NCBI GenBank assembly: GCA_964016885.1
Contig: OZ024764.1
Span: forward strand, 21,638,001 to 21,702,000
Origin: Eledone cirrhosa
Lineage: Eukaryota
Direction of reading: 5' to 3'
Length of the DNA stretch: 64,000 nt
Position numbers and translations under genes: made by a program
The notes under the pieces: model-generated
What the model saw: only the letters and a program-made list of their open reading frames with translations
Told to the model about the DNA's origin: nothing
Database searches by the model: none
Part shown: in pieces, positions 1 to 11,950 of the stretch
How the letters are laid out: each line of letters begins with the position of its first letter
Numbering within the stretch: the stretch's first letter is position 1

Positions 1-1358
1 AACCCTTCCCTGAATTATAGCAGCCGAAGGATACATCCCTCAGCAAGTCTTTAACTGTGATGAAACAGGACTTTTTGGGAAGAAGATGCCAAGGAGGACT
101 TATATAACGGCAGAGGAGAAGAGGATGCCTGGCCACAAACCCATGAAGGATAGGCTAACCCTCGCACTGTGCCACTGTGAACGTTGACTGTAAGATTAAG
201 TTGCCGCTCGTTTATCATTCGGAAAACTTTAAGTCACATAAGATTCTGAAAGAAAAACTGCAGGTTATGTGGAGGGCAAACCTGAGGTCATGGGTCACCA
301 GATAGTTCGTTGTGGATTGGGTGAATTTGGTCTTTGGTCCTGACGTTAAAAAATATCTCCATGAAAATAACCTACCCCTGTAAACCCTTCTTGTTCTGGA
401 CAATACACCTGCTCACCCACCTAACCTCGAAGAGTTCAAGTTTATAAAGGTCCTCTACCTTCCACCAAACACCACCCCTAACCTACAGCCCAAGGACCAG
501 CGGGTACTTTCTAATTTCAAGAAGCTCTTCACCAAGCACCTGTTCAGTCGCTGCTTTGAAATGACGGAGAGCGCAAACTTCACCCTTGAGAGGTCTGGAA
601 GGACCATTATAACATCGTGATATGCCTCAGAATTATCGATATGACCTGGCAGGGTCATACAAAGAGGACCTTGACCTTTACATGGAAGAAGCTGTGGCCT
701 GAAGTTGTGTCTAAAACAGACTTTGAAAGACTGGAACCCGAAGCGGCAGTGGTGGCGGAGATTGTACCCCTCGGTAAGTCCATGGGCCTGGACATGGATG
801 AAGGTGACATCAACGAGCTCATCGAGGAGCACCCCGAGGAAATGACAACGAAGGAATTAAAGGAGCTACAGACACAGCAACACACGGAGTTTTTGCAGGA
901 AATAGGTGACACAGAGGAGGTTATCTCAACAAGTGAGATGAAACAAACCTCATTAGACAGGTTTTTATCGAAAATCCCTGCAGATAAAAGTGAGGAATGC
1001 GTGGCGAAAGGGCAAAAATCAGCGAATAAGATTCAGTTATTCAGTTCATCCTTTCTCCTCCGTCAACATCCTCAAGTCGTCTGATCTCTAAGATAGATGC
1101 CGTACATTATACTTAATAAAACCAGTTTATTGTAGTACATTCTATTGTATTGTTTTTTATATACACTATTTGTTATTTATAAGTACATTTTTCTTATTTA
1201 AAAACACGTAACAAAACAAACTGTGGTTTTGGGGGGTCTGGAACGGATTAACGGCATTTTATTTTATTTCAGTGGGGAAAATTGATTTGACATACGAGTA
1301 ATTTAAGTTACGAGGTCCTCCACGGAACAAATTAAACTCATAAGTCAAGGTACAACAG
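1..1358 (+). mobile_element. Tigger/pogo DNA transposon, 3' part (degenerate DDE_1 transposase)
   Basis: Motifs FNCDETGLF, KPMKDRLTL, VLDN.PAH, LPPNTTP with stops and frameshifts. Right TIR actcataagtcaaggtac ~1336-1353. Paralog of 39407 and 61856. Confidence 0.9.
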
Positions 1359-1380
1359 TGTGTGTATATATATATATATG

Positions 1381-1553
1381 AAGGAACGATCGACTTTCGT
1401 CAAATCGGACCGAGGAAGCAATGTTTCCATTGGTCTTTCTAATTGCTAGTACTATCGGTCGCAACTCCAGGTAGAAGGAACAACGTGAAATAAAGTGTCT
1501 TGCTCAAGGTCATAACGCATCGCCTGGTCCAGGAATCGAACTCACAACCTCAA
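1381..1553 (-). mobile_element. tRNA-derived SINE, 5'-truncated
   Basis: Reverse complement of the full SINE at 26381; retains B box GTTCGATTC. Copies at ~41500-41672 and 63919-64000. Confidence 0.8.
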
Positions 1554-2190
1554 GATATATATAAATGAAGAATATAGAAATTATTGTAGCAAAAAGCCAA
1601 CAGTATTCCATTATATATATGTATATATGTATATATAGTATAAAAGAGAAAACACAGGTAAGCATTAAGAGAAGGATTTTATCCAGGTATTTACGACCGT
1701 TTCATTGGTAAGTGCAACCTTATATTTCTATCCTGCAAATAGCAGCCACTCAATTATAATTGTTGTTCACAGTCCAAATTTTCAAAATAGTAAGTTACTC
1801 TTGAAATAATTCTTAATATATAGAGAAAAACATTTATTTGGAATTGTATTTACTAGTATAGAGAGAGAGGAATCAGAAGGTGAGGGGACAGACGGAATAG
1901 TATAGAGAGAGAGGAAGGGGGAAGAGGTAGGAAGTAGAGTGACAAACTGAGATGGAGGGAGGGGTAGAGGTGGCAGGATTCTTTGGTCAGTTTTGACAGC
2001 AGACTTCATGTCGTGGAATGTAGTGAGTTAAAGAGAATTAAATTGATCATTTTTGGAGGGATGGATATATATATATATATAGTTAAATATTAGACAGGAA
2101 CAAAAAACAGGCAGTGCAAATGGTAGTTTATACCGAGAGAGAGACAGACAAACACATCTATACCCCTACTACAGTAAAACATAAAACATA

Positions 2191-2235
2191 TGTAAGGGGA
2201 GACAACTCTCGTTACATCCCCCCCTTCTTTTTGAT
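2191..2235 (-). mobile_element. Polypurine tract plus collapsed 26-bp LTR-like TGTAA..TTACA
   Basis: Minus strand reads AAAAAGAAGGGGGGA then TGTAACGAGAGTTGTCTCCCCTTACA. Copies at 26650 and ~42386. Confidence 0.45.
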
Positions 2236-2449
2236 ATACGTCCTTTACATACTTTGTTCAATGGAATCTGCTTTATTTTGTGTCCTAAGTAGATTTCTTT
2301 TTAATTATTTACGAGATTCACAATGATTCACGTAACCAAGTTACTTACATAGAGACATATTTCACATAGAATCACAACAAATGAAAATATTAAGTCAACA
2401 CTCTGTCAATCAGTCTACATCACATGGGGTGCCGGAGTCTCCTTCTAAT

Positions 2450-2620
2450 ACTTTCTGAGACAGTCTTACCTCGAGTGATAGCAAGGCTAAGATGTTGGAA
2501 CTACCAAACACCCTCATATGTATCATCTGACACCTCGGTAAGGAGAGCTGCCAACGATAACAAGAACCTCGTTGTCAGGCACCTATCTCCTCCAAACTTC
2601 TCCAACACCACAGACTAGAA
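2450..2620 (-). mobile_element. Old CRE-type retrotransposon C-terminal fragment
   Basis: Minus strand translates SVVLEKFGG..LTTRFLLSLAALLTEV..EGVW*FQHLSLAITRG, matching the C-terminus of the element at 47660-47820. Confidence 0.7.
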
Positions 2621-2707
2621 TATTCTACTCTTTATTCCCTATCAAATATATTTCAGTCTAGTCATTTATCTTGTTTCTTGTATATGTATTTTCAAAACTA
2701 ACTGTCA

Positions 2708-3030
2708 CATTTGTGAGACCCCAGTTAGTGATGTTTTCGTCTCCCTCCCACATCCTACATGCTGTAGTAAAAGTGAGGGTCACTGCTTCCGTAGACGAAC
2801 GAAATAAAAGCTAAACTACCAGTAATTATCGGCAAAGTATTTATTCCAGTCTGTGATGTTTGAGAAGCTGGCCTGCTGACAACGAAGTTGCTGTTACTGT
2901 TGGCGGCTGGCTTTACCGAAGTACCCGATGACTCTTGTGAGGGTACTTAGCTGTTCTGGCAACTTAGCCCCCATATGACCCGATCTTACCGAGATACCCG
3001 GTGATTTCTGTCAGAGTACTTAGCTGTCCT
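2708..3030 (+). mobile_element. Old CRE-type endonuclease fragment ending in one 73-bp repeat unit
   Basis: VSDVFVSPHILHAVVKVRVTAS..ERNK and FQSVMFEK resemble VSDSFALSHILDAAVRTRATAS..ERSK and FQSVAFET at 47520-47680. Confidence 0.65.
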
Positions 3031-3107
3031 ATTTTAATTACATTTACTGTTTTCACCTTTATTTTTTTTTATTACAAACTTTACATAATTTAATTCGGTA
3101 AAAATAT

Positions 3108-3190
3108 TTTTACGTCACAAAAAAACTTGACCTTTGACATTGAAGCATGCGCAGTGGTGCAGTTGTCGACTTCCTGTCCACGTGTCAGTC
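3108..3190 (+). promoter_or_regulatory. Putative ZNF promoter motif cluster (copy 1; downstream donor deleted)
   Basis: TTACGTCA, TGACCTTTGA, GCATGCGCA, ACTTCCTGT and CACGTG within ~75 bp in an AT-rich background. Confidence 0.55.
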
Positions 3191-4129
3191 TTCCTAAAAC
3201 AAGAATTATTTGTGATGTGAAAAGCTCACTTTTCACATCACAAATATATATTTTCTTGTTTGTTTCATTATTGGAAATATAAAATGTTATCGTAATTATC
3301 TATATTTTACCTACCTCTAATTAATTAAAGTGAAAACTTTTGTTGTTGCTGAAAAATAAATTAACAAAACTAAATATTTAAATATTGTAAAGGTCGTTTT
3401 TATATTATGTGATGATATAATTAATATATTTTATTACAATTGTATAAATTTACAGTAGAATAACGTTGTAAATATGTTTTAAATATATACATAAATAACA
3501 TAAGTGTGTAAATAACATTATAAATTGCTGGCAATTCCTTGAGAAAGACATTACAAATATATTGTCTAAACTGTGTATAATAATATAATTTATTGAACAA
3601 TAATGATAAAGGAAAGAAAAACACAGTGGGAGATGGCAATTGACCACCAAACGAGGTAAACATTTTCAACTTTCCCCTTTTTTTGCTTTGTCCGAGACAA
3701 CTCAAAATATTCTTCAAGGAACTGGATTTTCCATTCGGTTGGATCGAACGGATTTTACCATTTATAATCTACGGAGAGGAATAACAGATGTTCGGAGGAA
3801 AAAAGAATTGTTTGTGGCAACAACGTAGGGAACCAACCTGGAGCAATTGTATCACACAATTATACTTTCCTCCTTAACATACGCTTACAATTTTTCATAA
3901 TCAAACCCCCCAAATATAAAATATAAATAATTATAAATGGCGAGGAACCATCCCATCTCCCTCTTGAAATAACCTGAATCTATTTATAGTCAGGTGTGAC
4001 TGAAAGGTCAATCCATACTTCCATTCTATTTCACAGAATTAGAAGCTTTGACCACTTGATAGAATTCAGGTCCAGTAATGTAATCACTCCGTAATTGTAA
4101 ACATCTTGTATCACTATCATTCAGGTTTT

Positions 4130-6841
4130 GATTTTACTCAAGTCTTGCCCATGTTTTTTTTCTTTTTTCTTTTTTACACAAACTCACAATTTCGGTTTTT
4201 ACTGCGGATTTACCCATGCGAACTATTACACAAACTCACAGCCTTAGATTTTGTATTTCTAGCGTTTTTATTTTCCTTCTCTTTGCATGTTCAGTGCTCT
4301 TTCTCTCCCACTGTATTTACCTGCCTCTCACATGACCACACTCCTCTCTACGTACTCATCATCTTCTCACTCCTTCTCCACCTTCCCTCCCTCCCCTTGC
4401 TCAACCCTTACTTCCTCCTCGCGAACAGCCCACCTAGGTATTCGTTCAACCCGCCGGAGGCCCGATGTTTCGACCGAACTATCACCGGTGATTGCCGATT
4501 GCTAAAGTTGCCACCACTTTAACCTAGTCCACTCTAGGTGGCGGTGGCATGCGTCGAACGACCAAGAGACCTGCTTGGTGGAACGACTAATGTGACAACC
4601 GGTCAGCCTCCGACCTCTCATTCTCCACCAACTGCAGCACGCACGAGAGGAGCTAACTTGCCCCCACCTACCCCTCCTCTCCTTCACGGCAGATTCCGAA
4701 CGAATCCAACCCGGCCAACCACACCACGCCTACAACTGTTAGCTCACCACCCAACCTCCGCTTTAGTCCCACCGTTAGAACCACTGCTGTCTCCTTTACT
4801 GACTCACTCCCTTCACCGAATTCCAACGCTGGCCCTCTACTGCCGGCTGTTGCCAGCCCGCCACCTGATTGCGCCCTCTGTGCCCGCACTAACCAGTACT
4901 TAAAGACAATTAAATGTCACCTATGCCACGCAAGCTACCACAGAAGCTGTGTCGGCATCACCAAAGCTCAAGCTGAAAGGCTTCAACACTGGACCTGTCA
5001 TCGGTGCCACTTCAGCTCCGACTATTCCGTGGGGATGACCAACACTCTACCGACGACTTTCCACAGCCCCCCCCCCCCAGGGCTTCTCCAAATCAAAGCT
5101 CGTTAACCGGACCCTTAAGGGAGCTCGGAACAGCTTTGCAGGTGCCCTCTCTAATTTACTGAAAAACGTTTGCTCGTCCAACAATAGTCTGGCAGAAATA
5201 GTTTTTGTTTCCCCTCATCTCTCTTCACGTGCACAATGCGAACTCGGGTTCCCTCAAGTCCTCTCTCAAGCGGCAGTTCCAGCTGTTTGAGTCCACCCCA
5301 ACCACGTCTCATCTCAGTTCGTCTCCGAGCTCGGTGTCCACCAACAGACAACCGGTAGACCTCAAGCGAGCCGTCAATGCCAAATTCCTCCCTTGTCCTC
5401 CCTTGCTCCATGCAACTCTGACTCTCGTGAGCGACTGAAAGAGAAGCACCCCCAGATGATCAGCAACACTGGCCCGAACCACCAGAATACTTGAGACCGG
5501 TTTACACCACCAATATCATCAGAAAGGCGATTTCATCCTTCCCCGCTGGGTCAGGCGCGGGAATTGACGTCCTTCATCCTCAACACCTCAAGGATGGTAT
5601 CTCCTTATCGGCCGGTGATGCCGGACTCGAGCTCTTGGAGAGTCTGACTCAGTTTGTGAAACAGTGAACGTTCTCCCGTTCATCCGCCCACTGTTCTTCG
5701 GTGCGACGCTATTTGGTCTCACCAAGCCCAACGGGGACCTGCGCCGCATTGCGGTTGGCTGCACACCTCGCCGCCTCACTGCAAAGGCGTGATTGCTGTT
5801 GGTCTCCAACTCACTGGCGGAGGAATTTTCCCCCATCCAGCTGTGGGTGGGTACCAGGTTGGGATGTGTGACTGCTGTCCACGCTGCCAGAACATTTGCC
5901 AACTTGCCCTCCTCATCCCCCAAGGTCATCCTCAAACTTGACCTCAGGAATGCCTTCAACTCCGTCAGCCGTAACATCGTCCTCGGCTCAGTAAGAGAGA
6001 GGGTCCCACAACTCTACCACTTTGCTTGGCAGGCTTATCGGGAGCCCTCCTACCTCTCTTTCAGTGAGCAGATCATCACCTCTGCCTCGGGAGTCCAACA
6101 GGGTGACTCACGCGGGACTCCCCCCTCGCACTGGACATTGATGACGTCACCAAGATGGGGGCTGAGTTGGACCTCAATGTCTGGTAGCTCGACGACGCCT
6201 GTTTGGGGGGAACTCCGGATATGGTTCTCGCCACTGCCAACAGGATGGTGGAGGAGCTTGGCGCCTGGGTCTCCAGATCAATAGCTCCAAATGTGAGCTC
6301 TGGATCCTCAACCACCCGGCTTCTTAACACCAACAGCTGATCGACCTGTTCGCAGAGTCCTTCCCTTCCATCACGGTCCCTCCCCCGTCGGCTTGGTGCT
6401 CCTTAGGAGCCCCGATCACAGACCTGGCCTTCGCGTCAACCATCCAATCGAAGATGGTTGGCCTTGAGCAGCTGCTGAGGAATATTGAAGATATCGAACC
6501 CCATCAAGGTTTCTTCTTACTCAGGAACTACCTGTCTATTCCTAAGCTTCTGTATCTGCTCAGGGTCAGCCCCTCTCACAGATTTCCATCCTGCCTCCAA
6601 CGCTTCGACGACCTAATCTTCGAGAGACTCGAGTGTCTGGTCAATGTTAGTAAGTGTTCGTCCCTCTCTCTCCCCTGCTTCCTTTCCTCCACCCAAGCTT
6701 GCAACATCCTCTCCTCTCCAACATGGACTAGTTCCAACAGGGAGTTGTGTGAAGCTCTCCAGCAAGGGAGTGAGTTGGGCTTGTCTCTTCCTGAGAAGGT
6801 GGAGGACAGTCGAAGTCAGAGAACTTGGGACAGGATACGTT
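4130..6841 (+). mobile_element. CRE-clade non-LTR retrotransposon, 3'-truncated copy (PHD + RT)
   Basis: PHD at 4870-5007. RT motifs KLDLRNAFNSV, GVQQGD, W*LDD. Near-identical to 44385-47107, then breaks at gatacgt. 5' boundary approximate. Confidence 0.85.
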
Positions 6842-6944
6842 ATTGATAACACCACTTGTAAATCTTTGTCAACTTTTCATACGTAAATTGTGAATCAGTT
6901 ATTTTTAAACAAACTATCAAAGAAGTGATCTCACAGTAACTGTG

Positions 6945-7168
6945 TTTGATTCAATCAACTTATTCCCCCCAAACATTGTCGACCTTGTGTCTAAATCAGA
7001 AACTATTATTAGATCTTAATTCAACCCCGTAAAGATGAAGGGCAAAGCTAACCTCGGCGGGATTTCAACCCTTTATGTTATGAGTTCAAATCCCACCAAA
7101 GTTAACTTTGTCTTTCATTCTAACGGGGTGGATAAATTAAAGTTCCAGTAATCTACTGGGGTCTGAGA
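6945..7168. mobile_element. SINE fragments in opposite orientations (Deu/Nin-domain-like)
   Basis: gagttcaaatcccaccaaagttaactttgtctttcattc..gataaatt on + at ~7082 and its reverse-complement counterpart at ~7020-7071. Family call is from recall. Confidence 0.5.
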
Positions 7169-7363
7169 TATTAACGTTTGAGTAGATTCTATCTTTTTGT
7201 GTGTTTGTATTTATAATCTTACTAGAACACCTGTGACCTGTTGGGTCACGTTTCCTTTAAAAATAATTTTTAAATAATTAAAATATACACAGACATGTCT
7301 ATAATCTAAAATGAAATTAGTAGGTAGGCCCATGTTTATGTATATATACATATATATATATAA

Positions 7364-7406
<43 letters not shown>

Positions 7407-7408
<2 letters not shown>

Positions 7409-10400
7409 GACAAATTCACCTCGTGGACGAGAATGCGAGCACTCCTCTTTGTTTCGACCGCGGACGGCTAACATAACCCCATCTCCCCCCGAAACTTCAG
7501 AGTTGGTACCATAAATGTAGGTACCTTAAAGGGTCGCGCTAACGAGGTTGTAGAAATGCTTGAACGTAAGGAGGTCGATGTTTGTTGTATTCAAGAGACC
7601 AGGTGGAGGGGTGGGTCTGCTAGATTCATCGTGGGTAAAGAACGATGCTATAAGCTTTTCTGGGTGGGAAACGACGATAGGCTGGGTGGAGTAGGAATCA
7701 TGGTAGCAGAAAAGTGGGCAGATAAGATAATAGACGTAAATAGAGTGAACGACAGAATAATTAAAATAAGACTTGTCCTCAATAGAACTACGGTGACAGT
7801 AATATCTGCGTACGCACCCCAATCCGGTCTGCCCGACACTATAAAAGACAGATTCTATGAGACACTGATGCTCACTACCTCCCAAATAACCGACAGTGAC
7901 TATATAATTATTGCTGGCGACCTAAATGGTCACGTTGGACAACATTGTGATGGCTACGACGAAGTCCATGGAGGCTATGGGTTTGGTACCAGAAATGAGG
8001 AAGGCTCCAGAATCCTGGAATTCTGTGACGCAAATAACCTAACTATCTGTAACACTAACTTCAAAAAACGTGACAATCACCTGATCACCTATAGATCCGG
8101 GGAACACACAAGCCAGGTAGATTATATCCTTACCAGAAGACGTGACAGAGTGTCTGTTGTAAACACTAAATCCCTCCCCCATGAAGAATGCACCTCCCAA
8201 CATAGACTGATAATTAGCGACCTCATAGTCAGGACGAGACGTACTCGACAGCAGAAGAGGACTATCCTCAGGAGAAAAATATGGAAGCTAAAGGACCCCA
8301 CAGCCAGAAATAAATTTCAAAGCATATTACTTGATGCTTTCGACAGTAAGGAAGAGCATTTAGAGTCGGACAATATAGAGGGACAGTGGGAATTTCTGAA
8401 AGCAAACCTGCTGATGGCGACAGACGAAGTCTGTGGCTGGAGCAGGCCTGTTGGCAGGAGGAGAGTAACATGGTGGTGGAACAGTAAGGTGGAGGGGTCA
8501 ATTAAGGCCAAAAAGCAGGCTTGGAAAGTATGGCGGGATGGGGGAAGTAGAGAAGACTATCAAGTGGCCAGGAGGGAAGCTAGGAGACAAGTGTACTTTG
8601 CAAGAAGGGAAGCAGAGGAAAGAAAGTTCAAGCATGTTCTACAACGCGAGGACCAAAAACGTGAGGTGTTCAGGATTGCTAGGCAATGTGTCAAGGAAAA
8701 CCGTGATATTGTCGGGGAGAAGTGTGTACTTAATGATGACGGCGTACTTGCCATCACCGACGCTGATAAGAAGGTAGCTTGGAAGTGTCACTATGAAAGG
8801 CTACTAAATGAGGAGAATAAATGGGAGAAAGACAGTCTCCCCCATATCGACCCAATAGAGGGACCAGCAGTGTTAGTCGAGGGTAGTATAATAAGTAAGG
8901 CAATCAAGAATATGAAGACGGGTAAGGTGGCTGGGCCTTCGGAAATAGTTGCTGAGATGCTGAAGGGATCTGGCACGGTGGGACACACCATGGTCACCCG
9001 GATAGTTAACCAAGTCGTACAGAATGGGGTTGTTCCGAAGGACTGGCATAGCAGCATCATCGTTAACTGTTATAAGGGTAAAGGAGATGCCCTAGATAGG
9101 AGTAACTATAGAGGCATTAAATTAATCGACCAGGTCATGAAGGTCACGGAAAAAGTAATAGCGCAACTAATCAGAGAGAGAATTGATCTAGATGAAATGC
9201 AGTTCGGGTTTGTGTCAGGCAAAAGTACCACAGACGCTCTTTTCATTGTACGTCAACTACAGGAGAAGTACCTAGCTAAAGGTAAACCCCTCTACTTAGC
9301 TTTTGTTGACTTGGAGAAAGCCTTCGACAGAGTCCCCCGTTCCATTATCTGGTGGGCCCTTAGAAAACTAGGTGTCGACGAATGGCTTGTGAGAGCTATA
9401 CAAGCCATGTATAAAGAAACAGCCAGCAAGGTTAGAATTAACGAATATAGTGAAGAGTTTAGCGTAAAAGTTGGCGTCCATTAGGGCTCTGTTCTCAGCC
9501 CCCTACTATTTATTATTGCCCTTCAGGCTATAACAGAGGAGTTCAAGACCGGCTGCCCATGGGAACTCCTATACGCAGACGACCTGACACTCATAGCTGA
9601 ATCAATGGCCGAGCTAGAGAAGAAATTCCAAACATGGAAGCACGGCCTAGAATCAAAAGGCCTTAAAATTAACCTGGCTAAGACTAAAGTTCTAGTTTGT
9701 AGGAAAGAAAATAAGGCGGCGGTCCCTTCCGGGAAATGGCCATGCTCAGTGTGTAGGAAAGGCGTAGGTAGAAACTCCATTTTATGTCCCAAATGCAAAG
9801 TATGGGTGCATAAAAGATGTAGTGGGATCACAGGTAAGCTAACTAAGAACATAGATTTTACATGTGGCCGGTGCTCTGGTGCAATAAGTAGCTGCAAGTG
9901 CCCACAAAATACTAGCTCTTACAACTGCGCAGAGGCCTCTATAGAAATAGTGGACAGCTTCCGTTACCTGGGTGACAAGATCAGCAGTGGGGGAGGGTGC
10001 TCTGAAAGTACAGTAGCTAGAGTCAGAACTGGATGGAAAAAGTTCAGAGAGCTTATACCACTATTAGCCGCTAAAGGGTTCTCCCTAAAAATGAAAGGCA
10101 GGTTGTATGATGCCTGCATACGAACAGCAATGTTGCATGGCAGTGAGACCTGGGCATTGTGTGCAGAGGATATACGCAGACTAGAGAGGAACGAAGCTTG
10201 CATGCTCCACTGGATGTGTAAAAGTAATATACGCGAACGGCAAAGCATAAACGAACTAAGGAAAAAATTAGAAATAAGAGGGATCAGATGTTGTTTACTC
10301 GAGAGAAGGCTACGTGTGGTATGGACACGTGATGCGCATGAAAGTCGATAGCTGTATAACGAAGTGCAGGGCAATAAAGATAGACGGTAGCCACGGAATA

Positions 10401-10912
10401 GGCAGACCTAGAAAATCCTGGGACGAGCTGATAAACTCCGACCTCACACACTTACACCTCTCCAAGACAATGTCACTGGACCGAGACCTTTGGCGGTACT
10501 CAGTAATAGAGAAGACCCGCCTTGCCTAAATACATAGTAAAACCTAATACAGCCAGTAGGCATCTCTAACAAAATACACACCCATCCCCCCCACCCCATC
10601 CACACCACCCCCTCCTATGTAAAGTTATGTTGGTGCCACACCATCCAGGCCGAAACAAATGAGATCGTGTAGGTGTCACGACAAAAAAACACACAGTCCA
10701 CGCTGTAATGTGGCCGTGTAGGTAACACGGTAAAAACTTCCCAGTTCCATACTGTAAATGTGGTTGGTGTTAGGAAGGGCATCCAACTGTAGAAAACCTG
10801 CCAGACAGTCCTATGCGAGCAAGACAATCACTCTTGCCTCAAGTGGGAATACCCCCGGCCAAACCCATGCAAGCGTGGAACACGGACGTTAAACGTTGAT
10901 GATGATGATGAT
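7407..10912 (+). mobile_element. Near full-length RTE-clade LINE (APE + RT + PHD-like finger)
   Basis: APE motifs VGTINVGTL, CIQET, AGDLNGH, VDYIL. RT motifs FVDLEKAFD, GVH*GSVLSP, LLYADD. Stop at 9482, frameshifts ~7475 and ~10316. 3' UTR with GGAAGGGCATCC motif and (GAT)n tail. Confidence 0.95.
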
Positions 10913-10998
10913 AATGGGAGTGTCTCTCACAGACGCACACACACAAGTCTCTTGTTATAATTTTAAAATTTTTCGTTCAACAACACCACCAGCTTTCT

Positions 10999-11000
<2 letters not shown>

Positions 11001-11080
<80 letters not shown>
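11001..11080. repeat. (CT)n microsatellite
   Basis: About 40 CT units seen directly. Confidence 0.95.
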
Positions 11081-11950
11081 TTATGAAGGTACCTGAAAAA
11101 CCCCATATCTCGGGAACCTGTGCTCTGATTTACATGAAACTTATTTTATCCCATCTGTATTCCCATTTCAGTGTCAACTTCCTTTCAAACTATTTCCCCA
11201 TTATGCCCCGTTTTGGCTGTATTGCATTACAGACAAGACACAATCACAGAATTTTAGGTTTATAATGTTATAGTATCATGATAGGGTAATACAGTTATTA
11301 CAAGTTTCTGAGTATCTTATAATGTTCTTTTATTATTTCAGAATACCAGAGGACATTGGCATTAAAGAGCACGTTACATCAGACATATCCTCAACATTAA
11401 CCATTTCTAATGAAAGACACTACCCATCATTTTCAAATAATTTTGAAAACACTCAACACTTTGAAGGGATTTAGTAATATAACTAAATTTCTCAGTATTA
11501 AGCTGCTATTTGGAACATAACTTTGCACAATTTCATGAAGTTACAATGGAAAGTTTTTAGATAAATATAAAGACTGGTATGAAAAAGATAAAACACTTTT
11601 ATATCAGTTGTTTCATCAACACCATTATTTAAAGACTAAAGGAAGCTGTTATACAGAACAGATACAACCTTGTTTATATAAATCTATGGGAAAAATACTG
11701 GCAAATATTTCTTGTAAACTCAATAACACTTCTATTCTTTGCTGTCTGGAATATGTAGAAGATACAAAATAAAGCTGAAGAAATTTACACATGATTTTGT
11801 AAGATCTTCATATATTGACAAAGATGATAGTTGATGGAACTACAGGAGTAGAAATATTTCCATTATTACAGGAATAACTAATCAAATGAAGACCAGAAAA
11901 ATTAGATTCTTCACTCTCAGGAATATGTACAAAATAGTTTTATATGTATA

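Larger units (their letters stand above)
7222..11299 (-). mobile_element. Non-autonomous Helitron (family 2) interrupted by an RTE LINE
   Basis: Minus-strand 3' end: CGTGACC-CAACA-GGTCACA hairpin then CTAG at 7222. Both halves match 36244-36604 in reverse complement. Confidence 0.7.

Noticed and set aside
1640-2065. Penelope-like end with minimal hammerhead ribozyme on the minus strand (GAAACGGTCGTA)
   Set aside because: No CTGANGA core at a plausible distance, and no GIY-YIG or RT sequence.
3421-4100. Short ORFs conserved in three copies of the AT-rich segment
   Set aside because: No recognisable domain; conservation is explained by recent duplication, and frames differ among copies.
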